Source of the DNA: Oscillospiraceae bacterium
GTDB taxonomy: Bacteria > Bacillota > Clostridia > Oscillospirales > Oscillospiraceae
Length of the DNA stretch: 64,000 nt
Reading direction: 5' to 3'
Assembly: GCA_015068425.1 (NCBI GenBank)
Contig: SVKK01000007.1
Coordinates: forward strand, 2,131 to 66,130
Shown here: piece after piece, positions 7,240-15,741 of the stretch
Layout: every line of letters begins with the position of its first letter
Position numbering within the stretch: position 1 is the stretch's first letter
Translations under genes and position numbers: made by a program
The notes under the pieces: model-generated
What the model was told of the DNA's origin: nothing
Databases searched by the model: none
Seen by the model: the letters and a program-made list of their open reading frames with translations, nothing else

Positions 7240-8964
7240 ATGGAAAAAACGAAAAAGAAAAATAAGGGTGTAATAGTTCTTTTTATTATCGTCCTTATCA
7301 TCTTGATTTTTGTTGCAGGATTTTTTATTTTGCAGCGCCACTACACGTTTTTGAACGACCGTCCTGTTTCCCGGGATGAGACCTACATAGACCTTCGCGG
7401 CGCCCAGCAGCTGGATATTGCCGCTCTTACGGAATTTGAAAACCCCGAGACTGTTGATATCAGAAACAGCGCCCTCGGTGTTGAAGACTATGAAACCATA
7501 AAGGCCGCATTCCCCAACTGCGAGATTTTGTGGGAAGTTCCCCTTGCGGGAGAGCGATATGCCCCTGAAACTGAGAGCTTTGTGCTGACTTCTTTCAGCT
7601 CCTCGGATATGGAAGCTCTTAAGTATTTCCCTGCCCTCAAGGAACTGGACCTGAGACAGGCTGATATGAGCGCTGAGAGCATAGCCGCTCTGCAGAGTGC
7701 TTATCCCGATTGCCATATTCTCTGGACAGTTAAGGTATGTGAAGGGCTGGAGCTTGAAAACGAGGCCGACGCTGTAGTTATTTCTGATGGCGCGCAGATT
7801 GAAGCTCTTGTTGCCGCGGCTGCAAACCTCAGTGCCGTGAAGGATATAAAGGTCGATTATCCCAACATCAGCAAGAGCTGCTATGATGCCCTTGCCGCCG
7901 CATTCCCCGATGCGGAAATAGAATACAGCATTGTTATGAACGGAGAGGAAGTTTCTCCCGACACGGAGAAGCTGGACTTTTCTGCCTGCAGCTATGAGGA
8001 AGCGATAGCGGCTGCGGAAATGCTTGAAATGCTCCCCGCTGTCAGCGAGATAGAGCTTATGGATAAAGATGGCAACAGTTCCTTCACCCTTGATGAGGTC
8101 ATAGCCATTCAGGAGCTCTGTCCCGATAAGAAGCTCAATTACAGCTTCGAGCTTTTCGGACAGAGTGTCAACACCTCCACAACAGAACGTCTGGAATATT
8201 ATGACACTGAAATCGGCGATGCAGGTCTGGATACCTTCCGAAAGGTGCTTCCTATAATGCATGGTCTTGAGTATCTCCGCTTTGACGGCTGCGCAACCAG
8301 CGATGAGGCTGTCGCTCAGCTGAGAGATGAGTTCCCCGAGGTGAAGATTGTTTGGCTGCTGACCGTAGGTTATGTAAGCATATACACCGACACCCTTCGT
8401 CTTTGGGTCAATGACGGTTTCCTGAAGAAGGAACTTTGGAAGCTGAAGTACTGCACCGATGTCAGATACATAGACTTCGGTCATCAGATGGCGGTTATTG
8501 ATGTTGAATGGGCAAGATATATGCCCGACCTGGAGGTCTGCATTGTTGCAATGACTTCCATAACAGATATAAGTCCTCTTGCAGAGTGCAAGAAGCTGGA
8601 ATTCCTCGAGATATTCACAAATGAAATAACAGACCTGAGTCCCCTGGCAGAGCTTGAAAATCTTGAATATCTCAACATCGGCAATATGCCCATAACGGAC
8701 ATCAGCCCCATATTCGGTCTCAACAAGCTGAAGGTGGTCAACTGCAATATGTGCCAGAGCATTCCTCAGGAGCAAATAGACGAATTCAAGGAGCTGCACC
8801 CCGACGCCATATTCAACTATGTGTGGTTTGAAAATCCCAAGGGAACCGGCTGGAATTTTGACGCCAACGGCAATCCCACCGAGCGTTACAGCCTTCTCCG
8901 CAGACAGATAGGCTATGATGGCTCCGCTGAGCCCCCCGGATATCTCACCGAGCCCATTGAATAA
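7240..8964 (+). CDS. Membrane-anchored leucine-rich-repeat domain protein (paralog 1)
   Basis: An N-terminal K-rich segment and TM helix (VIVLFIIVLIILIFVAGFFIL) precede repeated ~60-aa units ending in FP(D/N)CEIxWxVP. C-terminal LRRs read ITDISPLAECKKLEFLEIFTNEITDLSPLAELENLEYLNIGNMPITDISPI. ATG 7240 follows GGAGG. Confidence 0.8.
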   Translation: MEKTKKKNKGVIVLFIIVLIILIFVAGFFILQRHYTFLNDRPVSRDETYIDLRGAQQLDIAALTEFENPETVDIRNSALGVEDYETIKAAFPNCEILWEVPLAGERYAPETESFVLTSFSSSDMEALKYFPALKELDLRQADMSAESIAALQSAYPDCHILWTVKVCEGLELENEADAVVISDGAQIEALVAAAANLSAVKDIKVDYPNISKSCYDALAAAFPDAEIEYSIVMNGEEVSPDTEKLDFSACSYEEAIAAAEMLEMLPAVSEIELMDKDGNSSFTLDEVIAIQELCPDKKLNYSFELFGQSVNTSTTERLEYYDTEIGDAGLDTFRKVLPIMHGLEYLRFDGCATSDEAVAQLRDEFPEVKIVWLLTVGYVSIYTDTLRLWVNDGFLKKELWKLKYCTDVRYIDFGHQMAVIDVEWARYMPDLEVCIVAMTSITDISPLAECKKLEFLEIFTNEITDLSPLAELENLEYLNIGNMPITDISPIFGLNKLKVVNCNMCQSIPQEQIDEFKELHPDAIFNYVWFENPKGTGWNFDANGNPTERYSLLRRQIGYDGSAEPPGYLTEPIE

Positions 8965-8967
8965 AAA

Positions 8968-9005
8968 TAAAACCCTCGGAGTTTTAGAAAACTCCGAGGG
9001 TTTTG
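8968..9005. terminator. Bidirectional terminator between LRR gene 1 and the DUF169 gene
   Basis: AAAACCCTCGGAGTTTT-AGA-AAAACTCCGAGGGTTTT. Confidence 0.85.
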
Positions 9006-9782
9006 TTATACATTTATGGGAGGTATCTTGCCGCCGTTGGCTTTTTCCATTTCAAGCCATCGGGCCATACGCTCAGCCATAAGTGTCTTGCTCTCCTCAT
9101 CATCCTGCAATGCGGGGAGCTTCCAAGGCATTTCTTTTATTGCGATGCATACCTCGTCAAGCTTTTGATAGGGAATGGATATGATATGCAGTCCCTTGGG
9201 GTAAACCTTGCGTCGGGCCATTCCGTGGTGGAGACCTGTGACGGTGTGGTTAACCTTGCCGCTGAGATAGGGATAAACATAGGTCCAGCTGCAGCTCAAA
9301 ACGGCGCTGGTTTTGCTTTCCCAGAAGTCGCCGGAGATATAGCTTGTAGCGCGCATAACAATGTCCGCCTGCTCCGTGTCGGCCACAACAATGAGAAGGT
9401 CGGGGTCAAAATTGCATTTGGCAAGGGGGCAGAAAATCACGAAATTTACACTGCCATGAACAAGCGTGGGCATTTCGTTGTGGATGCGGGCATTGGGAGC
9501 CTGAGTGCGGTAAATGCCGAAATCCATACCTGCCTGACCGCTGGCGGCAAAGGGCTGCTTGGGAAGCATTCCGAGAGCAAGTCTGCCGTGGCAGTTATCG
9601 TTATCAACATCAATGTAAAAGCTCTCGCCTTTATCCTGACAAAGCTTTAAAAACTGGCAGAAGGAGAGAATCTCCCCGGCCTGAGGGATGTCCTCGGGAC
9701 GGGCAAAACAGAATTTCAAGGCAACGGGCTGATAAGTGCAGCCCAAATCGGCAAATGCCTTTTTTGATGCATTGTCTATCAT
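9006..9782 (-). CDS. DUF169 domain-containing protein
   Basis: The 258-aa sequence ...YQPVALKFCFARPEDIP...LSFCQFLKLCQDKGESFYIDVDNDNCHG...SCSWTYVYPYLSGKVNHTVTGLHHGMARRK looks typical of the DUF169/COG2043 family. Confidence 0.75.
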   Translation of the reverse strand: MIDNASKKAFADLGCTYQPVALKFCFARPEDIPQAGEILSFCQFLKLCQDKGESFYIDVDNDNCHGRLALGMLPKQPFAASGQAGMDFGIYRTQAPNARIHNEMPTLVHGSVNFVIFCPLAKCNFDPDLLIVVADTEQADIVMRATSYISGDFWESKTSAVLSCSWTYVYPYLSGKVNHTVTGLHHGMARRKVYPKGLHIISIPYQKLDEVCIAIKEMPWKLPALQDDEESKTLMAERMARWLEMEKANGGKIPPINV

Positions 9783-9853
9783 ATCTCCAGAACCTCCGGC
9801 AAATATATTGTATAAAGCTTATCATAAGCTGTTGAGCGTGTACAGAGGAAAGC

Positions 9854-9882
9854 TTGAAAAGGAGGAAGATTTTAATTATAAT
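9854..9882 (+). promoter_or_regulatory. Sigma-A-type promoter of LRR gene 2
   Basis: TTGAAA (9854-9859), a 17-nt spacer, then TATAAT (9877-9882). The palindrome AGCTTAT-C-ATAAGCT lies just upstream. Confidence 0.6.
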
Positions 9883-9911
9883 AGGTAAAAGAAATTTTTG
9901 GAGGACGGCAT

Positions 9912-11609
9912 ATGGCGGAGACCCGCAGCGGTAAAAACAGAAAATCCAAGGTGGCAAAAGCGGTAACAGGCATAGTTTTGTTCATCGTAATAGCTCTTGC
10001 GCTTGTGCTTTTCCTTCGCAGCGGAAAGGTTTCGGCAGGTGGACAGACTCTCGATAAAAACAGCCTGCGCATTGAGCTTTCCCAAAGCGGCATCGGTGAT
10101 GTCTCGCCCCTTCTTAAACTAAAAAATCCGGAATACATAGATCTTCGCGGCTGCCCCATAAGCCCCGAAGATTACCGCGTTCTGGCCGCATCTTTTCCGG
10201 ACTGTGAAATTCACTGGGATGTGCCTCTCGGGGCAGAGGGAGAGCGTTTTTACAACTTCAGCGAAAGGCTTGTTGTTTCTTCCTTCAGCGCGAATAGCGC
10301 GGAAAACTATGTCCTTATGCCCTGCCTCAAAGAAATCGACCTGAGGGAAGCGCAGCTCAGTGCTGAGGATTACCGGATTCTTCGTTCCCGCTTACCCGAC
10401 TGCCGTATAATATGGTGCATACCCATCGGAGAAAACAGACTGGACTCCACTTTGGCGGCATTCACAGTTGGGGATATCCAAGAAGATGAACTGGAGCTTT
10501 TCCGTCTTTTTGAAAATCTTGAAACCTTAAGCTGCACCGGCAGCAGTTTCGAGCAATATATGGAGCTTTCCCGCATGCTCCCCAACTGCGAGCTTAGCTG
10601 GTCTGTTCCTCTTGGCGGTGCGGAGTATGACTGCCGCACCGACAGCCTTTCCCTGCCATCCTCAACAGACGCGGATGAACTAATCTCTCTGCTGCCATTT
10701 TTCATGGGTTTGAGAGAGCTTGACCTTCGCAGCTGTGCTTTTTCCGCTGAAGAGCTTCTCGCTGTGAAGGAGGCCTCTCCTGACACGAAAATATTGGCAA
10801 ATATAGAGCTCCACGGAAAAAGCTGCTCAAGCGATGATGAAGAAATAGACTTCAGCGGCATTGCTATAGACAGCACGGAGACCCTTGAAAAAGTTCTGCC
10901 TCTTTTCCATAATCTGAAAAAGGTTATAATGTGCGATTGCGGCATATCTGACGAGGAGATGGACGCTCTCAATCTGCGCCACGAGAATATCAGCTTTGTA
11001 TGGACGGTAAGATTCAGCGTATATGCGGTGCGCAGTGACACAAGGGCTTTCTGCGCCTCCAATGTGGCGGGCTTTGTTGCGCCGCGGCTTGGGGATAGCC
11101 AGCTATATCCCATACGCTACCTGCGGGATCTGGAAGCTCTCGATCTGGGACATATACAGTATACAGACCTAAGCTTTCTGGAGAATATGCCCCATCTGCG
11201 CTATCTGATTCTTGTGGAGGCCAATTACAGAGATATAAGCCCCATAGCTTCGCTGCAGGAGCTTTACTACCTTGAACTTTTCAATAATAAGATAGACGAT
11301 ATTTCGCCCCTTGCCCAGTGCAGGAACCTGCGCCACCTGAATATTGGCTATACCCGCGGCTATGACACGACCCCTCTCGCAGAAATGAATTGGCTGGAGC
11401 GGCTGTGGTGCCCCGGAGGCGTTCTCAGTGATGAGCAGGGCTCAGCGCTTGAAGCTGCTCTTCCCGACACAGAGCTCTATTATCCCATTTGGGACGGAGA
11501 CGGCAGCACGGGAGGCGGCTGGAGAGAGCACGAGAGCTACTATCAAATGCGTGATGCCCTGGCTATGCACTATATGCCCGGAGGCACGGGAGTACCCGGC
11601 AAAGAATAA
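9912..11609 (+). CDS. Membrane-anchored leucine-rich-repeat domain protein (paralog 2)
   Basis: Its architecture matches 7240-8964: a basic N-terminus with TM helix (IVLFIVIALALVLFL), FPDCEIHWDVPL-type units, and C-terminal LRRs (YRDISPIASLQELYYLELFNNKIDDISPLAQCRNLRHLNIG). Confidence 0.8.
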   Translation: MAETRSGKNRKSKVAKAVTGIVLFIVIALALVLFLRSGKVSAGGQTLDKNSLRIELSQSGIGDVSPLLKLKNPEYIDLRGCPISPEDYRVLAASFPDCEIHWDVPLGAEGERFYNFSERLVVSSFSANSAENYVLMPCLKEIDLREAQLSAEDYRILRSRLPDCRIIWCIPIGENRLDSTLAAFTVGDIQEDELELFRLFENLETLSCTGSSFEQYMELSRMLPNCELSWSVPLGGAEYDCRTDSLSLPSSTDADELISLLPFFMGLRELDLRSCAFSAEELLAVKEASPDTKILANIELHGKSCSSDDEEIDFSGIAIDSTETLEKVLPLFHNLKKVIMCDCGISDEEMDALNLRHENISFVWTVRFSVYAVRSDTRAFCASNVAGFVAPRLGDSQLYPIRYLRDLEALDLGHIQYTDLSFLENMPHLRYLILVEANYRDISPIASLQELYYLELFNNKIDDISPLAQCRNLRHLNIGYTRGYDTTPLAEMNWLERLWCPGGVLSDEQGSALEAALPDTELYYPIWDGDGSTGGGWREHESYYQMRDALAMHYMPGGTGVPGKE

Positions 11610-11613
11610 AAAT

Positions 11614-11649
11614 AAAAATCCGAAAGCCTTAAAAAGCTTTCGGATTTTT
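11614..11649. terminator. Bidirectional terminator between LRR gene 2 and the PAP2 gene
   Basis: AAAAATCCGAAAGC-CTTAAAAA-GCTTTCGGATTTTT. Confidence 0.85.
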
Positions 11650-11650
11650 C

Positions 11651-12274
11651 TTATTTCTGCGGAAGAAACTTCCAGTGATATTCGTAATATACCTGAGGGA
11701 TGAGCGTTGCCAGATAGAAGGCGGCAACAGCGCCGATAGTGCCTGCAACGAAGCCTCCGAGAACATCGGTGAAATAATGAACGCCCAGATAGATGCGGCT
11801 GAGACCCATAGCCAGAGCAAAGATGATGGCAGGCCAGCTCTTGCGTTTTTTGGTGGAGAAGAAAAGACCCAGCATAGCGGCTGTTGCTGCGGTGGTGTGG
11901 CCGGAGGGGAAGGAAAAGTCGCTTTCGGTGTGCTGACCAACCAGAGACCAGAGCTGATAATAAATGCTGCCTTCGTGGGTATAGGGACGGGGACGGTATA
12001 CCATGGGCTTGAACACAACATTGGTGAGCAAAGCGCCTATGCCGAGAGCCAGCAGCATAACTGTGCCTACACGGCGGGTGCGGGGGAAAAGCATAAGAGC
12101 GAGGCTGAGGGCTATGAGAATTGCGCCGCCCTTACCCATGAGATCCATAAAGTGGGCGAAGGGGGTGAAGAAGCCTCCTGCAATGTCATAAAGCTGTGCG
12201 ACCGCAGAGGTGACAGCGGCATCAAGCCCTGCGCAGCTCGTGTTAAGCCAGGCGGCTATGGCTGTAAGTTCCAT
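11651..12274 (-). CDS. PAP2 family phosphatase (undecaprenyl-diphosphatase-like)
   Basis: The PAP2 motifs are present: KPMVYRPRP, PSGHT and SRIYLGVHYFTDV. The protein is multi-TM. Confidence 0.85.
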   Translation of the reverse strand: MELTAIAAWLNTSCAGLDAAVTSAVAQLYDIAGGFFTPFAHFMDLMGKGGAILIALSLALMLFPRTRRVGTVMLLALGIGALLTNVVFKPMVYRPRPYTHEGSIYYQLWSLVGQHTESDFSFPSGHTTAATAAMLGLFFSTKKRKSWPAIIFALAMGLSRIYLGVHYFTDVLGGFVAGTIGAVAAFYLATLIPQVYYEYHWKFLPQK

Positions 12275-12302
12275 AAAATTTCTCCTGTTATTTTAATATT
12301 GT

Positions 12303-12662
12303 TCAGGCAAAGCGGTGCTTTATAGCTTCAAAGGAGGCGTCGGAAATGACGTGCTCCATCTTGCATGCGTCTTCAGCGGCGGTCTTTTCGTCAACGCCTA
12401 TGGATACAAGGAAGTTTTTAAGCAGCTCGTGGCGGGCATAAATCTTCTCCGCAACATCAATACCCGCGTCGGTAAGGGAAAGATAGCCTTCGGGACTGAC
12501 GGTAACATAGTTTCCCTGTTTGAGAATGCTGAGAGCACGGCTTACACTGGGCTTGGAAAAACCCATTCGCTCGCCCACGTCTATAGCCCTCACATGAGGA
12601 TTTTCCTTTGTGAGAACATAGATGGTTTCAATATACATTTCTCCGGATTCGTGCAGGTGCAT
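12303..12662 (-). CDS. DtxR/MntR family metal-dependent transcriptional regulator (short form)
   Basis: SGEMYIETIYVL...VRAIDVGERMGFSKPSVSRALSILKQGNYV...ARHELLKNFL matches the winged-HTH and dimerisation region. Confidence 0.8.
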   Translation of the reverse strand: MHLHESGEMYIETIYVLTKENPHVRAIDVGERMGFSKPSVSRALSILKQGNYVTVSPEGYLSLTDAGIDVAEKIYARHELLKNFLVSIGVDEKTAAEDACKMEHVISDASFEAIKHRFA

Positions 12663-12804
12663 TTAAGTACCTCCCGGCTTTCGCCTGATAATGCGTGGAT
12701 TATATCATATATGAGAGCCCATTTCAAGGGTGCTATGGGCACAGACTTGCCTGCCATCGCTTAAGTGTGACAGCGGAGATATATACAAGGCAGATATCAA
12801 AATA

Positions 12805-12839
12805 AAAAAGCTCCGCCAAACTATCTTGACGGAGCTTTT
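12805..12839 (-). terminator. Terminator 3' of tRNA-Thr (symmetric flanks)
   Basis: AAAAAGCTCCG...CGGAGCTTTTT abuts the tRNA 3' end. Confidence 0.8.
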
Positions 12840-12915
12840 TGGAGCTGGTGGCGTGACTCGAACACGTGACCTTCTCATTACGAGTGAGATGCTCTACCGA
12901 CTGAGCTACACCAGC
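12840..12915 (-). tRNA. tRNA-Thr (CGT), CCA encoded
   Basis: The reverse complement is GCTGGTGTAGCTCAGTCGGTAGAGCATCTCACTCGTAATGAGA...CACCAGCTCCA, with anticodon loop CTCGTAA. Confidence 0.93.
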
Positions 12916-13356
12916 ATATTCACGAGTGGGAATTATATCACAGGCGTCCGCCGAAGTCAACTCCGGCCCGGCTGTAAGAGTGGTGATTACTAACTGTAAT
13001 AAGTGTTTTTTCTCCATATTCGCCAAAATACGACAATCTTTGTCAATATGTTTATTTGCACAAAGATTTGAGGAAAAAATCTGAAAAAACACGGTCTTTG
13101 TAGATTTTTTCATCCAAAAACAGAAAAATAACAAAATTTATGCTTTACATAAGAGCATAAAATAAGGGGATTGCCAGTGAGTTATCAACACTTTCAACAA
13201 GGTTATCAACATTGAAAAAATCCTGAAATATCAATGCTTTGCGGATATTTTCCCATTATTTTACAATCTTTGTAATCGCATTTTCCACTTGTTGCAAAAG
13301 AGTATTCGAGTTTGCATAACTGAAGCTTTGGCTTTCTCTTGCAAGATGCACCTTGC

Positions 13357-13386
13357 AAAAAAAGGCAGAGGAGTTTCCCTCTGCCT
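13357..13386 (-). terminator. Intrinsic terminator of the polA-to-radC operon
   Basis: On the minus strand AGGCAGAGG-GAAACT-CCTCTGCCT is followed by TTTTTTT. Confidence 0.8.
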
Positions 13387-13397
13387 CGCGGTGGATT

Positions 13398-14096
13398 TCA
13401 GTTTTGTGCTCGGGTGAAGTAGCCGCTTTCGCGCATAGACACATATTCATCCCCGCTGACGATGATATGGTCAACAAGGCATACGCCAATACTGTTCAAT
13501 GTGTCGTCAATGAGCTTTGTGGCTGCAGCATCTGCACGGGAGGGCAGGGCGATATCGCTCATATGGTTATGGGCAAGTATTATATATGCGGCGTTATCCC
13601 TGATTGCTATTTCAACTATCTGCCGCGCAGAAAATTCAACCCGGTTGATCATACCGTTTGCCAGCTGATGGCAATGTATAATGCCTCCGGCGCTGTTTAT
13701 GCTTAGGGCAAATGCCAGTTCGTCCTTAGCGTATGCAAAAAGGGGCTTGAGATAATCTCCCGCGGCCTCTGTGCTTCGGAGAACATTTTTGCTGCCGGCT
13801 CTTGGCGCGTTTAGGTATCGGGCGTTGGTTTCGCTGACGAGGCGTATAAGCGTGGCTGCATTTTCGCCCACACCCTCAACAAGCTTGAGCTCGCTTATAT
13901 CTGCCTCCATAACGGCTTTATAACTGCCAAAGCGATCCAGAAGCCTATGGGCAATTTCGTTGGTGTTGCAGCGGGGAAGGGCGTAAAAGAGCAGCAGCTC
14001 GATGGCTTCAATATCGCTGAAGGCCTTCAAACCGTTTTCGCGGAAGCGCTCCTTGAGTCTTTCTCGGTGACCCTTGTGGATGTTTTCTCCCATCAT
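13398..14096 (-). CDS. radC: RadC family (JAB/MPN domain) protein
   Basis: An N-terminal HhH-like region (IEAIELLLFYALPRCNTNEIAHRLLDRFGS) is followed by the JAMM-like motif ILAHNHMSDIALPSRAD. Confidence 0.9.
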   Translation of the reverse strand: MMGENIHKGHRERLKERFRENGLKAFSDIEAIELLLFYALPRCNTNEIAHRLLDRFGSYKAVMEADISELKLVEGVGENAATLIRLVSETNARYLNAPRAGSKNVLRSTEAAGDYLKPLFAYAKDELAFALSINSAGGIIHCHQLANGMINRVEFSARQIVEIAIRDNAAYIILAHNHMSDIALPSRADAAATKLIDDTLNSIGVCLVDHIIVSGDEYVSMRESGYFTRAQN

Positions 14097-15112
14097 CTTC
14101 CCCCTACCCGGTCAAGATCCATACTGGCATAGGCGTTAAGATCGCTGTTTGCCGTGTTGCCCGCCAGATATTCATAATATGCCTGCGCTCCAACCATAGC
14201 TCCGTTGTCTCCGCAAAGGCGAAGGGGAGGCACAAAAAGCTGAAGACCGTTTTTTCTGGCGGCGCACTCAAAGTCGCTGCGTATGCGGCTGTTGGCGGCA
14301 ACGCCCCCTGCCACAACGAGCTTATTATAGCCAAGCTCTTTTGCCGCGGCAATGGTGCGGGGGACAAGGCTGTCGCTGACGGCCTTGGAGAAGCTGGCGC
14401 AAAGGGAGGGTTTATCCAACTCCTCCCCTTTTTGCTGGGCGTTATGAACGAGGTTGATAACAGCGGTTTTAAGTCCGGAGAAGCTCATATCATAGGGGCT
14501 GCCGTCAATGTGGGCGATGGGGAGAGAATATTTGCTGTCGTCTCCGCCGCGGCTGAGTTCATCAACCGGTTTGCCACCGGGGTAGCCGAGGCCGAGCACC
14601 CGGGCGGTTTTGTCGAAGCATTCTCCTGCCGCGTCGTCCCGGGTTGCGCCTACAATGTGCATATCAGTGTAGGAGCGAACATCCACGATAATGGTGTTGC
14701 CGCCGGATATGGCAAGACAGACAAAGGGGGGCTCAAGCTCGGGATATGCCAGATAATTGGCGGCCATGTGTCCGCGAATATGGTGGACGGGGATGAGAGG
14801 CACACCCAGAGCGCTTGCAACGCTTTTCGCAAAATTCACACCCACCAGTACCGCGCCTATAAGACCTGGGGCATAGCTGACGGCAACCGCATCAATGTCG
14901 CATTTCTTGATGCCCGCTTCGGCAATGGCGCTGTCGGCAAGCTGATAAATGGCCTCAACATGGTGGCGGGAGGCTATTTCGGGCACAACACCGCCATAGA
15001 TGGCGTGGAGGTCGGCCTGGGAATAAATCTTGTCTGCAAGGATTTCCCGTCCGTCCCGAACAAGAGCAACGGCGGTTTCGTCGCAGGTGGATTCAACGCT
15101 CATAATAATCAT
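14093..15112 (-). CDS. tsaD: tRNA N6-adenosine threonylcarbamoyltransferase TsaD
   Basis: SVESTCDETAVALV...GGVVPEIASRHH...VHHIRGHM... are classic Kae1/TsaD motifs. There are 4-nt overlaps with both neighbours. Confidence 0.95.
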   Translation of the reverse strand: MIIMSVESTCDETAVALVRDGREILADKIYSQADLHAIYGGVVPEIASRHHVEAIYQLADSAIAEAGIKKCDIDAVAVSYAPGLIGAVLVGVNFAKSVASALGVPLIPVHHIRGHMAANYLAYPELEPPFVCLAISGGNTIIVDVRSYTDMHIVGATRDDAAGECFDKTARVLGLGYPGGKPVDELSRGGDDSKYSLPIAHIDGSPYDMSFSGLKTAVINLVHNAQQKGEELDKPSLCASFSKAVSDSLVPRTIAAAKELGYNKLVVAGGVAANSRIRSDFECAARKNGLQLFVPPLRLCGDNGAMVGAQAYYEYLAGNTANSDLNAYASMDLDRVGGR

Positions 15113-15741
15113 AGTTCATCTTCCTCGTCTTCAAAATCGGGACGCTCGTCCCAGTCTCGCCTGTCGAAGGGCATTTCGCCCTCCTTGAGGGGCAGCTGTA
15201 TGGCGGAGGCATACATTTTCGGGGTGAAATTGCGGCGGTAAAAACCGTCGTGGCGGCGGCAGATCTCCTCCTCGTCAAAGCTGCCTTTGTTCCAGACTAT
15301 GCACTTATAGTGAACACCGAAAAGGGCGCAGTCATAGCCGAGGGTCTCCGCGCCGCAGCGCTCATAAAAACCCAGACGGCGGCGGATGAGGGCATCGGCC
15401 TTCTCGTCGCCTACGGGAGCTTCCGCTTCGCCGATAAAAACGGTGTTTTTGGGATAAAAATCACGGATGAGCCGAAGCATCTCCGCCCCAAGACCGCCGT
15501 TGCGATAGCTGCGGTCCACACAGAGATAGTCAATTAGGACAAAGGGCATATCCAGCCAGCAGCATATATAGCCAAGGCTTTTGTCCTCATCATAGAGCCC
15601 GAGAATGTCATACTGCCCTTCCCGGCTCATTTTTTCCATTACAAAAAGAGGCTTGAGTTCCTCGGGAGGAAAGGCCTCCCGGAAAACCCTCTCATATGCC
15701 TCTCCCAGTTCAAGGGAGTTAAGTTTTTTCAATCTATACAT
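15109..15741 (-). CDS. GNAT family N-acetyltransferase with an acidic C-terminal tail
   Basis: The acetyl-CoA binding region is LIDYLCVDRSYRNGGLGAEMLRLI, and the tail is DWDERPDFEDEEDEL. Confidence 0.7.
   Translation of the reverse strand: MYRLKKLNSLELGEAYERVFREAFPPEELKPLFVMEKMSREGQYDILGLYDEDKSLGYICCWLDMPFVLIDYLCVDRSYRNGGLGAEMLRLIRDFYPKNTVFIGEAEAPVGDEKADALIRRRLGFYERCGAETLGYDCALFGVHYKCIVWNKGSFDEEEICRRHDGFYRRNFTPKMYASAIQLPLKEGEMPFDRRDWDERPDFEDEEDEL

Noticed and set aside
13182-13211. Two TTATCAACA motifs, each one mismatch from the DnaA box TTATCCACA, lie 21 bp apart in the AT-rich 480-bp gap between tRNA-Thr and radC. This raised the possibility of an oriC.
   Set aside because: There are only two imperfect boxes, no dnaA or dnaN nearby and no clear AT-rich unwinding repeats. 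The gap is more simply a promoter or leader region for tRNA-Thr plus the radC terminator. GC-skew analysis of the whole genome would be needed to revisit this.
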